A stretch of DNA of 64,000 bases from Eledone cirrhosa (GCA_964016885.1 OZ024740.1:34224001-34288000), one strand, 5' to 3'. Shown: positions 26,491 through 40,374, numbered from the stretch's first letter. Notes: a model not told the origin generated them from the sequence alone. Translations and numbers: made by a program.

Positions 26491-29199
26491 GTCAAGTGTA
26501 GCCCCATCTCCTAGAACCTCAAGAAACTTCATTTTTGTCAAGTGTAGCCCCAATTCCTAGAACCCCAAGAAACTTCATTTTTGGCAAGTGTAGCCCCCAT
26601 CTCCTAGAACCTCAAGAAACTTCATTTTTGTCAAGTGTAGCCCTCCAACTCTTATAACCTCAAGAAACTTCATTTTTGTCAAGTGTAGCCCCCGACTCCT
26701 AGAACCACAAGAAACTTCATTTTTGTCAAGTGTAGCCCCAACTCCTAGAACCTCAAGAAACTTCATTTTTTGTCAAGTGTAGCCCCAACTCCTAGAACCT
26801 CAAGAAACATCATTTTTGTCAAGTGTAGCCCTCCAACTCCTAGAACCTCAAGAAACATCATTTTTGTCAAGTGTAGCCCCAACTCCTAGAACCTCAAGAA
26901 ACTTCATTTTTTGTCAAGTGTAGCCCCAACTCCTAGAACTTCAAGAAACTTCATTTTTCTCAAGTGTAGCCCCCAACTCCTACAACATCAAGAAACTTCA
27001 CTTTTGTCAAGTGTAGCCCTCCAACTCCTAGAACATCAAGAAACTTCATTTTTGTCAAGTGTAGCCCCCAACTCCTACAACCTCAAGAAACTTTATTTTT
27101 GTCAAGTGTAGCCCCCATCTCCTAGAACCTCAAGAAACTTTATTTTTGTCAAGTGTAGCCCACCGACTCCTAGAACCTCAAGAAACTTCATTTTTGTCAA
27201 GTGTAGCCCCCAACTCCTACAACCTCAAGAAACTTTATTTTTGTCAAGTGTAGCCCCCATCTCCTAGAACCTCAAGAAACTTTATTTTTGTCAAGTGTAG
27301 CCCCCCAACTCCTAGAACCTCAAGAAACTTCATTTTTGTCAAGTGTAGCCCGCACCCCTACAACCTCAAGAAACTTCATTTCTGTCAAGTGTACCTCCCA
27401 AATCCTAGAACCTCAAGAAACTTCATTTCTGTCAAGTGTAGCTCCCAAATCCTAGAACCTCAAGAAACTTCATTTTTGTCAAGTGTAGCCCCCAAATCGT
27501 AGAACCTCAAGAAACTTCATTTTTGTCAAGTGTAGCCCCCCCTCCCCCCCCGACTCCTAGAACCTCAAGAAACTTCATTTTTGTCAAGTGTAGCCACCAA
27601 CTCCTAGAACCCCAAGAAAGTTCATTTTTGTATAGTGTAGCAACACCCCCCGACTCCTAGAACCTCAAGAAACTTCATTTTTGTCAAGTGTAGCCCCAAT
27701 TCCTAGAACCTCAAGAAACTTCATTTTTCTCAAGTGTAGCACCCAACCCCTAGAACCTCAAAAAACTTCATTTTTGTCAAGTGTAGCCTCCTCGGCTCCT
27801 AGAACCTCAAGAAGCTTCATTTTTGTCAAGTGTAGCCCCCCAACTCCTAGAACATCAAGAAACATCATTTGTGTCAAGTGTAGCCCTCCAACTCCTAGAA
27901 CCTCAAGAAACTTCATTTTTGGCAAGTGTAGTCCCCCAACTCCTAGAACCTCAAGAAACTTCATTTTTGGCAAGTGTAGCCCTCCAACTCCTAGAACCTC
28001 AAGAAACTTCATTTTTGGCAAGTGTAGCCCCCAACTCCTAGAACCTCAAGAAACTTCACCTTTGTCAAGTGTAGCCCCCCAACTCCTAGAACCTCAAGAA
28101 ACTTCATTTTTGGCAAGTGTAGCCCTCCAACTCCTAGAACCTCAAGAAACTTCATTTTTGTCAAGTGTAGCCCTCCAACTCCTAGAACCTCAAGAAACTT
28201 CATTTTTGTCAAGTGTAGCCCCCGACTCCTAGAACCTCAAGAAACTTCATTTTTGTCAAGTGTAGCCCCAACTCCTAGGACCTCAAGAAACTTCATTTTT
28301 GTCAAGTGTAGCCCTCCAACTCCTATAACCTCAAGAAACTTCATTTTTGTCAAGTGTAGCCCCCGACTCCTAGAACCTCAAGAAACTTCATTTTTGTCAA
28401 GTGTAGCCCCAATTCCTAGAACCTCAAGAAACTTCATTTTTGTCAAGTGTAGCCCCCATCTCCTAGAACCTCAAGAAACTTTATTTTTGTCAAGTGTAGC
28501 CCCAACTCCTATAACTTCAAGAAACTTCATTTTTCTCAAGTGTAGCCTCCAACTCCTAGAACCTCAAGAAACTTCACTTTTGTCAAGTGTAGCCCTCCAA
28601 CTCCTATAACTTCAAGAAACTTCATTTTTGTCAAGTGTAGCCCCTCCAACTCCTAGAACATCAAGAAACTTCATTTTTGTCAAGTGTAGCCCTCCAACTC
28701 CTAGAACATCAAGAAACTTCATTTTTCTCAAGTGTAGCCCTCCAACTCCTAGAACCTCAAGAAACTTCACTTTTGTCAAGTGTAGCCCTCCAACTCCTAT
28801 AACCTCAAGAAACTTCATTTCTGTCAAGTGTAGCCCCTCCAACTCCTAGAACCTCAAGAAACTTTATTTTTGTCAAGTGTAGCCCCCATCTCCTAGAACC
28901 TCAAGAAACTTCATTTTTGTCAAGTGTAGCCCCCGACTCCTAGAACATCAAGAAACTTCATTTTTGTCAAGTGTAGCCCCCAACTCCTACAACCTCAAGA
29001 AACTTTATTTTTGTCAAGTGTAGCCCCCATCTCCTAGAACCTCAAGAAACTTCATTTTTGTCAAGTGTAGCCCTCCAACTCCTATAACCTCAAGAAACTT
29101 CATTTTTGTCAAGTGTAGCCCTCCAACTCCTATAACCTCAAGAAACTTCATTTCTGTCAAGTGTAGCTCCCAAATCCTAGAACCTCAAGAAACTTCATT

Positions 29200-29970
29200 T
29201 TTGTCAAGTGTAGCACCCAACCCCTAGAACCTCAAGAAGCTTCATTTTTGTCAAGTGTAGCCTCCTCGGCTCCTAGAACCTCAAGAAGCTTCATTTTTGT
29301 CAAGTGTAGCCCCAATTCCTAGAACCTCAAGAAACTTCATTTTTGTCAAGTGTAGCCCCCCGACTCCTAGAACCTCAAGAAACATCATTTTTGTCAAGTG
29401 TAGCACCCAACCCCTAGAACCTCAAAAAACTTCATTTTTGTCAAGTGTAGCCTCCTCGGCTCCTAGAACCTCAAGAAGCTTCATTTTTGTCAAGTGTAGC
29501 CCCAATTCCTAGAACCTCAAGAAACTTCATTTTTGTCAAGTGTAGCCCCCCGACTCCTAGAACCTCAAGAAACATCATTTTTGTCAAGTGTAGCACCCAA
29601 CCCCTAGAACCTCAAAAAACTTCATTTTTGTCAAGTGTAGCCTCCTCGGCTCCTAGAACCTCAAGAAGCTTCATTTTTGTCAAGTGTAGCCCCAATTCCT
29701 AGAACCTCAAGAAACTTCATTTTTGTCAAGTGTAGCCCTCCAACTCCTAGAACCTCAAGAAAAATCATTTTTGTCAAGTGTAGCACCCAACCCCTAGAAC
29801 CTCAAAAAACTTCATTTTTGTCAAGTGTAGCCTCCTCGGCTCCTAGAACCTCAAGAAGCTTCATTTTTGTCAAGTGTAGCCCCAATTCCTAGAACCTCAA
29901 GAAACTTCATTTTTGTCAAGTGTAGCCCCCCGACTCCTAGAACCTCAAGAAACATCATTTTTGTCAAGTG
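29200..29970 (+). repeat. 190-bp tetrameric higher-order repeat, ~4 copies
   Basis: ORFs at 29297, 29487, 29677 and 29867 (190-bp spacing). The order is [CCCCAATT][C6GACT..ACATC][CACCCAACCC..AAAAA][CCTCCTCGG..AAGCTT]. Confidence 0.95.
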
Positions 29971-32900
29971 TAGCCCTCCAACTCCTATAACCTCAAGAAA
30001 CTTCATTTTTCTCAAGTGTAGCCCCCAACTCCTAGAACCTCAAGAAACTTTATTTTTGTCAAGTTTAGCCCCCAACTCCTAGAACATCGAGAAACTTCAT
30101 TTTTGTCAAGTGAAGCCCACAACTCCTAGAACATCAAGAAAATTCATTTTTCTCAAGTGTAGCCTCCAACTCCTAGAACCTCAAGAAACTTCACTTTTGT
30201 CAAGGGTAGCTCCCAACTCCTAGAACCTAAAGAAACTTCATTTTTGTCAAGTGTAGCCCCCAACTCCTAGAACCTCAAGAAACTTTATTTTTGTCAAGTG
30301 TAGCCCCCCATCTCCTAGAACCTCAAGAAACTTTATTTTTGTCAAGTTTAGCCCCCAACTCCTAGAACATCGAGAAACTTCATTTTTGTCAAGTGAAGCC
30401 CACAACTCCTAGAACCTCAAGAAACTTCACTTTTGTCAAGTGTAGCCACCCACCCCTACAACCTCAAGAAACTTTATTTTTGTCAAGTGTAGCCTCCGCC
30501 CCCGACTCCTAGAACCTCAAGAAACTTCATTTTTGTCAAGTGTAGCCTCCTCGGCTCCTAGAACCTCAAGAAGCTTCATTTTTGTAGAGTGTAGCCCCCC
30601 CAACTCCTAGAACCTCAAGAAACTTCATTTTTCTCAAGTGTAGCCCCCAACTCCTAGAACCTCAAGAAACTTCACTTTTGTCAAGTGTAGCCCCCCAACT
30701 CCTAGAACCTCAAGAAACTTCACCTTTGTCAAGTGTAGCCCCCAACTCCTAGAACCTCAAGAAACTTCACCTTTGTCAAGTGTAGCTCCCAACTCCTAGA
30801 ACCTAAAGAAACTTCATTTTTGTCAAGTGTAGCTCCCCGAATCCTAGAACCTCAAGAAACTTCATTTTTGGCAAGTGTAGCCCCCAACTCCTAGAACCTC
30901 AAGAAACTTCACTTTTGTCAAGTGTAGCCCCCCAACTCCTAGAACCTCAAGAAACTTCATTTTTGTCAAGTGTAGCCCTCCAACTCCTATAACCTCAAGA
31001 AACTTCATTTTTGTCAAGTGTAGCCCTCCAACTCTTATAACCTCAAGAAACTTCATTTTTGTCAAGTGTAGCCCCAACTCCTAGAACCTCAAGAAACTTC
31101 ATTTTTGTCAAGTGTAGCCCCAACTCCTAGAACCTCAAGAAACTTCACTTTTGTCAAGTGTAGCCCCCCAACTCCTAGAACCTCAAGAAACTTCACCTTT
31201 GTCAAGTGTAGCCCCCAACTCCTAGAACCTCAAGAAACTTCACCTTTGTCAAGTGTAGCCCTCCAACTCCTATAACTTCAAGAAACTTCATTTTTCTCAA
31301 GTGTAGCCCCCAACTCCTAGAACATCAAGAAACTCCACTTTTGTCAAGTGTAGCCCTCCAACTCCTAGAACATCAAGAAACTTCATTTTTGTCAAGTGTA
31401 GCCCCAACTCCTACAACCTCAAGAAACTTTATTTTTGTCAAGTGTAGCCCCCATCTCCTAGAACCTCAAGAAACTTTATTTTTGTCAAGTGTAGCCCACC
31501 GACTCCTAGAACCTCAAGAAACTTCATTTTTGTCAAGTGTAGCACCCAACTCCTACAACCTCAAGAAACTTTATTTTTGTCAAGTGTAGCCCCCATCTCC
31601 TAGAACCTCAAGAAACTTTATTTTTGTCAAGTGTAGCCCCCCAACTCCTAGAACCTCAAGAAACTTCATTTTTGTCAAGTGTAGACCCCCATCTCCTAGA
31701 ACCTCAAGAAACTTCATTTTTGTCAAGTGTAGCCCCAAATCCTAGAACCTCAAGAAACTTCATTTTTGTCAAGTGTAGCCCCCAAATCGTAGAACCTCAA
31801 GAAACTTCATTTTTGTCAAGTATAGCCCCCGACTCCTAGAACCTCAAGAATCTTCATTTTTGTCAAGTGTAGCCACCAACTCCTAGAACCCCAAGAAAGT
31901 TCATTTTTGTATAGTGTAGCAACACCCCCCGACTCCTAGAACCTCAAGAAACTTCATTTTTGTCAAGTGTAGCCCCAATTCCTAGAACCTCAAGAAACTT
32001 CATTTTTCTCAAGTGTAGCCCTCCAACTCCTAGAACCCCAAGAAAGTTCATTTTTGTATAGTGTAGCAACACCCCCCGACTCCTAGAACCTCAAGAAACT
32101 TCATTTTTGTCAAGTGTAGCCCCCGACTCCTAGAACCTCAAGAAACTTCATTTTTGTCAAGTGTAGCTCCCCGACTCCTAGAACCTCAAGAAACTTCACT
32201 TTTGTCAAGTGTAGCCCCCATCTCCTAGAACCTCAAGAAACTTTATTTTTGTCAAGTGTAGCCCCCCAACTCCTAGAACCTCAAGAAACATCATTTTTGT
32301 CAAGTGTAGCCCTCCAACTCCTATAATTTCAAGAAACTTCATTTTTCTCAAGTGTAGCCTCCAACTCCTAGAACCTCAAGAAACTTCACTTTTGTCAAGT
32401 GTAGCCCTCCAACTCCTAGAACATCAAGAAACTTCATTTTTGTCAAGTGTAGCCCCCAACTCCTACAACCTCAAGAAACTTTATTTTTGTCAAGTGTAGC
32501 CCCCATCTCCTAGAACCTCAAGAAACTTTATTTTTGTCAAGTGTAGCCCCCCAACTCCTAGAACCTCAAGAAACTTCATTTTTGTCAAGTGTAGACCCCC
32601 ATCTCCTAGAACCTCAAGAAACTTCATTTTTGTCAAGTGTAGCCCCCCACCCCTACAACCTCAAGAAACTTCATTTCTGTCAAGTGTAGCTCCCAAATCC
32701 TAGAACCTCAAGAAACTTCATTTTTGTCAAGTGTAGCCCCCAAATCCTAGAACCTCAAGAAACTTTATTTTTGTCAAGTATAGCCCCCGACTCCTAGAAC
32801 CTCAAGAATCTTCATTTTTGTCAAGTGTAGCCCACCGACTCCTAGAACCTCAAGAAACTTCATTTTGTCAAGTGTAGCCACCAACTCCTATAACCTCAAG

Positions 32901-33559
32901 AAACTTCATTTTTCTCAAGTGTAGCCCCCAACTCCTAGAACCTCAAGAAACTTCACTTTTGTCAAGTGTAGCTCCCCAACTCCTAGAACCTCAAGAAACT
33001 TCACTTTTGTCAAGTGTAGCCCCCCCACTCCTAGAACCTCAAGAAACTTCATTTTTGGCAAGTGTAGCACCAACTCCTAGAACCTCAAGAAACTTCATTT
33101 TTGTCAAGTGTAGCACCCAACCCCTAGAACTTCAAAAAACTTCATTTTTGTCAAGTGTAGCCTCCTCGGCTCCTAGAACCTCAAGAAGCTTCATTTTTGT
33201 CAAGTGTAGCCCCCCCAACTCCTAGAACCTCATTTTTGTATAGTGTAGCAACACCCCCCGACTCCTAGAACCTTAAGAAACTTCATTTTTCTCAAGTGTA
33301 GCCCCAATTCCTAGAACCTCAAGAAACTTCATTTTTGTCAAGTGTAGCACCCAACCCCTAGAACTTCAAAAAACTTCATTTTTGTCAAGTGTAGCCTCCT
33401 CGGCTCCTAGAACCTCAAGAAGCTTCATTTTTGTCAAGTGTAGCCCCCCCAACTCCTAGAACCTCAAGAAACATCATTTTTGTCAAGTGTAGCCCTCCAA
33501 CTCCTATAACCTCAAGAAACTTCATTTTTCTCAAGTGTAGCCCCCAACTCCTAGAACCT

Positions 33560-34860
33560 CAAGAAACTTCACTTTTGTCAAGTGTAGCCCCCCAACTCCT
33601 AGAACCTCAAGAAACTTCATTTTTGTCAAGTGTAGCCCCCCACCCCTACAACCTCAAGAAACTTCATTTCTGTCAAGTGTAGCCCCCCACCCCTACAACC
33701 TCAAGAAACTTCATTTCTGTCAAGTGTAGCTCCCAAATCCTAGAACCTCAAGAAACTTCATTTTTGTCAAGTGTAGCCCCCAAATCCTAGAACCTCAAGA
33801 AACTTCATTTTTGTCAAGTGTAGCCCCAATTCCTAGAACCTCAAGAAACTTCATTTTTGTCAAGTGTAGCACCCAACCCCTAGAACCTCAAAAAACTTCA
33901 TTTTTGTCAAGTGTAGCCTCCTCGGCTCCTAGAACCTCAAGAAGCTTCATTTTTGTCAAGTGTAGCCCCCCAACTCCTAGAACCTCAAGAAAAATCATTT
34001 TTGTCAAGTGTAGCACCCAACCCCTAGAACCTCAAAAAACTTCATTTTTGTCAAGTGTAGCCTCCTCGGCTCCTAGAACCTCAAGAAGCTTCATTTTTGT
34101 CAAGTGTAGCCCCAATTCCTAGAACCTCAAGAAACTTCATTTTTGTCAAGTGTAGCCCCCCGACTCCTAGAACCTCAAGAAACATCATTTTTGTCAAGTG
34201 TAGCCCTCCAACTCGTATAACCTCAAGAAACTTCATTTTTCTCAAGTGTAGCCCCCAACTCCTAGAACCTCAAGAAACTTCACTTTTGTCAAGTATAGCC
34301 CCCAACTCCTAGAACCTCAAGAAACTTCACTTTTGTCAAGTGTAGCCCCCCAACTCCTAGAACCTCAAGAAACTTCATTTTTGTCAAGTGTAGCCCCCCA
34401 CCCCTACAACCTCAAGAAACTTCATTTCTGTCAAGTGTAGCCCCCCACCCCTACAACCTCAAGAAACTTCATTTCTGTCAAGTGTAGCTCCCAAATCCTA
34501 GAACCTCAAGAAACTTCATTTTTGTCAAGTGTAGCCCCCAAATCCTAGAACCTCAAGAAACTTCATTTTTGTCAAGTGTAGCCCCAATTCCTAGAACCTC
34601 AAGAAACTTCATTTTTGTCAAGTGTAGCACCCAACCCCTAGAACCTCAAAAAACTTCATTTTTGTCAAGTGTAGCCTCCTCGGCTCCTAGAACCTCAAGA
34701 AGCTTCATTTTTGTCAAGTGTAGCCCCCCGACTCCTAGAACCTCAAGAAACATCATTTTTGTCAAGTGTAGCCCTCCAACTCGTATAACCTCAAGAAACT
34801 TCATTTTTCTCAAGTGTAGCCCCCAACTCCTAGAACCTCAAGAAACTTCACTTTTGTCAA
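33560..34860 (+). repeat. Imperfect ~758-bp duplication
   Basis: The doubled [C6ACCCCTACA..TTCTG] monomer pair is at 33635 and 34393. ORFs at 33811/34569 share the offset. The private ACTCGTATAA variant is at 34211 and 34779. Confidence 0.8.
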
Positions 34861-37489
34861 GTGTAGCCCCCCAACTCCTAGAACATCAAGAAACTTCCTT
34901 TTTCTCAAGTGTAGCCTCCAACTCCTAGAACCTCAAGAAACTTCACTTTTGTCAAGGGTAGCTCCCAACTCCTAGAACTTAAAGAAACTTCATTTTTGTC
35001 AAGTGTAGCCCCCAACTCCTAGAACCTCAAGAAACTTTATTTTTGTCAAGTGTAGCCCCCCATCTCCTAGAACCTCAAGAAACTTTATTTTTGTCAAGTT
35101 TAGCCCCCAACTCCTAGAACATCGAGAAACTTCATTTTTGTTAAGTGAAGCCCACAACTCCTAGAACCTCAAGAAACTTCATTTTTGTCAAGTGTAGCCT
35201 CCTCGGCTCCTAGAACCTCAAGAAGCTTCATTTTTGTAGAGTGTAGCCCCCCCAACTCCTAGAACCTCAAGAAACATCATTTTTGTCAAGTGTAGCCCTC
35301 CAACTCCTATAACCTCAAGAAACTTCATTTTTCTCAAGTGTAGCCCCCAACTCCTAGAACCTCAAGAAACTTCACTTTTGTCAAGTGTAGCCCCCCAACT
35401 CCTAGAACCTCAAGAAACTTCACCTTTGTCAAGTGTAGCTCCCAACTCCTAGAACCTAAAGAAACTTCATTTTTGTCAAGTGTAGCTCCCCGACTCCTAG
35501 AACCTCAAGAAACTTCATTTTTGGCAAGTGTAGCCCCCAACTCCTAGAACCTCAAGAAACTTCACTTTTGTCAAGTGTAGCCCCCCAACTCCTAGAACCT
35601 CAAGAAACTTCATTTTTGGCAAGTGTAGCCCCAACTCCTAGAACCTCAAGAAACTTCATTTTTGTCAAGTGTAGCCCTCCAACTCCTATAACCTCAAGAA
35701 ACTTCATTTTTGTCAAGTGTAGCCCCCGACTCCTAGAACCTCAAGAAACTTCATTTTTGTCAAGTGTAGCCCCAACTCCTAGAACCTCAAGAAACTTCAT
35801 TTTTGTCAAGTGTAGACCCAATTCCTAGAACCTCAAGAAACTTCATGTTTGTCAAGTGTAGCCCCATCTCCTAGAACCTCAAGAAACTTCATTTTTGTCA
35901 AGTGTAGCCCCAATTCCTAGAACCCCAAGAAACTTCATTTTTGGCAAGTGTAGCCCCAACTCCTAGAACCTCAAGAAACTTCATTTTTGTCAAGTGTAGC
36001 CCAACTCCTAGAACCTCAAGAAACTTCATTTTTGTCAAGTGTAGCCCTCCAACTCTTATAACCTCAAGAAACTTCATTTTTGTCAAGTGTAGCCCCCGAC
36101 TCCTAGAACCTCAAGAAACTTCATTTTTGTCAAGTGTAGCCCCAACTCCTAGAACCTCAAGAAACTTCATTTTTGTCATGTGTAGCCCCAACTCCTAGAA
36201 CCTCAAGAAACATCATTTTTGTCAAGTGTAGCCCTCCAACTCCTATAACTTCAAGAAACTTCATTTTTCTCAAGTGTAGCCCCCAACTCCTAGAACATCA
36301 AGAAACTTCACTTTTGTCAAGTGTAGCCCTCCAACTCCTAGAACATCAAGAAACTTCATTTTTGTCAAGTGTAGCCCCCAACTCCTACAACCTCAAGAAA
36401 CTTTATTTTTGTCAAGTGTAGCCCCCATCTCCTAGAACCTCAAGAAACTTTATTTTTGTCAAGTGTAGCCCACCGACTCCTAGAACCTCAAGAAACTTCA
36501 TTTTTGTCAAGTGTAGCACCCAACTCCTACAACCTCAAGAAACTTTATTTTTGTCAAGTGTAGCCCCCATCTCCTAGAACCTCAAGAAACTTTATTTTTG
36601 TCAAGTGTAGCCCCCCAACTCCTAGAACCTCAAGAAACTTCATTTTTGTCATGTGTAGACCCCCATCTCCTAGAACCTCAAGAAACTTCATTTTTGTCAA
36701 GTGTAGCCCGCACCCCTACAACCTCAAGAAACTTCATTTCTGTCAAGTGTAGCTCCCAAATCCTAGAACCTCAAGAAACTTCATTTTTGTCAAGTGTAGC
36801 CCCCAAATCGTAGAACCTCAAGAAACTTCATTTTTGTCAAGTGTAGCCCCCGACTCCTAGAACCTCAAGAATCTTCATTTTTGTCAAGTGTAGCCCACCG
36901 ACTCCTAGAACCTCAAGAAACTTCATTTTTGTCAAGTGTAGCCCCAATTCCTAGAACCTCAAGAAACTTCATTTTTGTCAAGTGTAGCACCCAACCCCTA
37001 GAACCTCAAGAAACTTCACTTTTGTCAAGTGTAGCCCTCCAACTCCTATAACCTCAAGAAACTTCATTTTTCTCAAGTGTAGCCCCCAACTCCTAGAACC
37101 TCAAGAAACTTCACTTTTGTCAAGTGTAGCCCCCCAACTCCTAGAACCTCAAGAAACTTCACCTTTGTCAAGTGTAGCTCCCAACTCCTAGAACCTAAAG
37201 AAACTTCATTTTTGTCAAGTGTAGCTCCCCGACTCCTAGAACCTCAAGAAACTTCACTTTTGTCAAGTGTAGCCCCCCAACTCCTAGAACCTCAAGAAAC
37301 TTCATTTTTGTCAAGCGTAGCCTCATCTCCTAGAACCTCAAGAAACTTCATTTTTGTCAAGTGTAGCCCTCCAACTCCTATAACCTCAAGAAACTTCATT
37401 TTTGTCAAGTGTAGCCCCCGACTCCTAGAACCTCAAGAAACTTCATTTTTGTCAAGTGTAGCCCCAACTCCTAGAACCTCAAGAAACTT

Positions 37490-38150
37490 CATTTTTGTCA
37501 AGTGTAGCCCCAATTCCTAGAACCTCAAGAAACTTCATTTTTGACAAGTGTAGCCCCCATCTCCTAGAACCTCAAGAAACTTCATTTTTGTCAAGTGTAG
37601 CCCCAATTCCTAGAACCTCAAGAAACTTCATTTTTGACAAGTGTAGCCCCCATCTCCTAGAACCTCAAGAAACTTTATTTTTGTCAAGTGTAGCCCCCAT
37701 CTCCTAGAACCTCAAGAAACTTCATTTTTGTCAAGTGTAGCCCCAATTCCTAGAACCTCAAGAAACTTCATTTTTGACAAGTGTAGCCCCCATCTCCTAG
37801 AACCTCAAGAAACTTTATTTTTGTCAAGTGTAGCCCCCATCTCCTAGAACCTCAAGAAACTTCATTTTTGTCAAGTGTAGCCCCAACTCCTAGAACCTCA
37901 AGAAACTTCATTTTTGTCAAGTGTAGCCCCAATTCCTAGAACCTCAAGAAACTTCATTTTTGACAAGTGTAGCCCCCATCTCCTAGAACCTCAAGAAACT
38001 TTATTTTTGTCAAGTGTAGCCCCCATCTCCTAGAACCTCAAGAAACTTCATTTTTGTCAAGTGTAGCCCCAATTCCTAGAACCTCAAGAAACTTCATTTT
38101 TGACAAGTGTAGCCCCCATCTCCTAGAACCTCAAGAAACTTTATTTTTGT
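37490..38150 (+). repeat. Local irregular 2-4-mer expansion marked by GACAAG
   Basis: GACAAG is at 37543, 37636, 37776, 37962 and 38102 (spacings 93, 140, 186, 140). Confidence 0.85.
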
Positions 38151-40374
38151 CAAGTGTAGCACCCCAACTCCTAGAACCTCAAGAAACTTCATTTTTGTCA
38201 AGTGTAGCCCCCCAACTCCTAGAACCTCAAGAAACATCATTTTTGTCAAGTGTAGCCCTCCAACTCCTATAACTTCAAGAAACTTCATTTTTCTCAAGTG
38301 TAGCCTCCAACTCCTAGAACCTCAAGAAACTTCATTTTTGTCAAGTGTAGCACCCAACCCCTAGAACTTCAAAAAACTTCATTTTTGTCAAGTGTAGCCT
38401 CCTCGGCTCCTAGAACCTCAAGAAGCTTCATTTTTGTCAAGTGTAGCCCCCCCAACTCCTAGAACCTCATTTTTGTATAGTGTAGCAACACCCCCCGACT
38501 CCTAGAACCCTAAGAAACTTCATTTTTGTCAAGTGTAGCCCCAATTCCTAGAACCTCAAGAAACTTCATTTTTGTCAAGTGTAGCACCCAACCCCTAGAA
38601 CTTGAAAAAACTTCATTTTTGTCAAGTGTAGCCTCCTCGGCTCCTAGAACCTCAAGAAGCTTCATTTTTGTCAAGTGTAGCCCCCCCAACTCCTAGAACC
38701 TCAAGAAACATCATTTTTGTCAAGTGTAGCCCCCCAACTCCTAGAAACTCAAGAAGCTTCATTTTTGTCAAGTGTAGCCCCCCCAACTCCTAGAACCTCA
38801 AGAAACATCATTTTTGTCAAGTGTAGCCCTCCAACTCCTATAACCTCAAGAAACTTCATTTTTCTCAAGTGTAGCCCCCAACTCCTAGAACCTCAAGAAA
38901 CTTCACTTTTGTCAAGTGTAGCCCCCCAACTCCTAGAACCTCAAGAAACTTCACTTTTGTCAAGTGTAGCCCCCCAACTCCTAGAACCTCAAGAAACTTC
39001 ATTTTTGGCAAGTGTAGCCCCAACTCCTAGAACCTCAAGAAACTTCATTTTTGTCAAGTGTAGCCCCCCAACTCCTAGAACCTCAAGAAACTTCATTTTT
39101 GTCAAGTGTAGACCCCCATCTCCTAGAACCTCAAGAAACTTCATTTTTGTCAAGTGTAGCCCGCACCCCTACAACCTCAAGAAACTTCATTTCTGTCAAG
39201 TGTACCTCCCAAATCCTAGAACCTCAAGAAACTTCATTTTTGTCAAGTGTAGCCCCCGACTCCTAGAACCTCAAGAAACTTCATTTTTCTCAAGTGTAGC
39301 CCCCCAACTCCTAGAACCTCAAGAATCTTCATTTTTGTCAAGTGTAGCCCCCCAACTCCTAGAACCTCAAGAAACTTCATTTTTCTCAAGTGTAGCCCCC
39401 CAACTCCTAGAACCTCAAGAATCTTCATTTTTGTCAAGTGTAGCCCCCCAACTCCTAGAACCTCAAGAATCTTCATTTTTGTCAAGTGTAGCCCCCCAAC
39501 CCCTAGAACCTCAAGAAACTTCATTTTTGTCAAGTGTAGCCCCCCAACTCCTAGAACCTCAAGAATCTTCATTTTTGTCAAGTGTAGCCCTCCAACTCCT
39601 ATAACCTCAAGAAACTTCATTTTTCTCAAGTGTAGCCCCCAACTCCTAGAACCTCAAGAAACTTCACTTTTGTCAAGTGTAGCCCCCCAACCCCTAGAAC
39701 CTCAAGAAACTTCACCTTTGTCAAGTGTAGCCCACAACTCCTAGAACCTAAAGAAACTTCATTTTTGTCAAGTGTAGCTCCCCGACTCCTAGAACCTCAA
39801 GAAACTTCATTTTTGGCAAGTGTAGCCCCAACTCCTAGAACCTCAAGAAACTTCATTTTTGTCAAGTGTAGCCCCATCTCCTAGAACCTCAAGAAACTTC
39901 ATTTTTGTCAAGTGTAGCCCTCCAACTCCTAGAACCTCAAGAAACTTCATTTTTGTCAAGTGTAGCCCTCCAACTCCTATAACTTCAAGAAACTTCATTT
40001 TTCTCAAGTGTAGCCCCCAACTCCTAGAACCTCAAGAAACTTCACTTTTGTCAAGTGTAGCCCTCCAACTCCTAGAACATCAAGAAACTTCATTTTTGTC
40101 AAGTGTAGCCCCCAACTCCTACAACCTCAAGAAACTTTATTTTTGTCAAGTGTAGCCCCCATCTCCTAGAACCTCAAGAAACTTTATTTTTGTCAAGTGT
40201 AGCCCCCCAACTCCTAGAACCTCAAGAAACTTCATTTTTGTCAAGTGTAGACCCCCATCTCCTAGAACCTCAAGAAACTTCATTTTTGTCAAGTGTAGCC
40301 CCCCACCCCTACAACCTCAAGAAACTTCATTTCTGTCAAGTGTAGCTCCCAAATCCTAGAACCTCAAGAAACTT

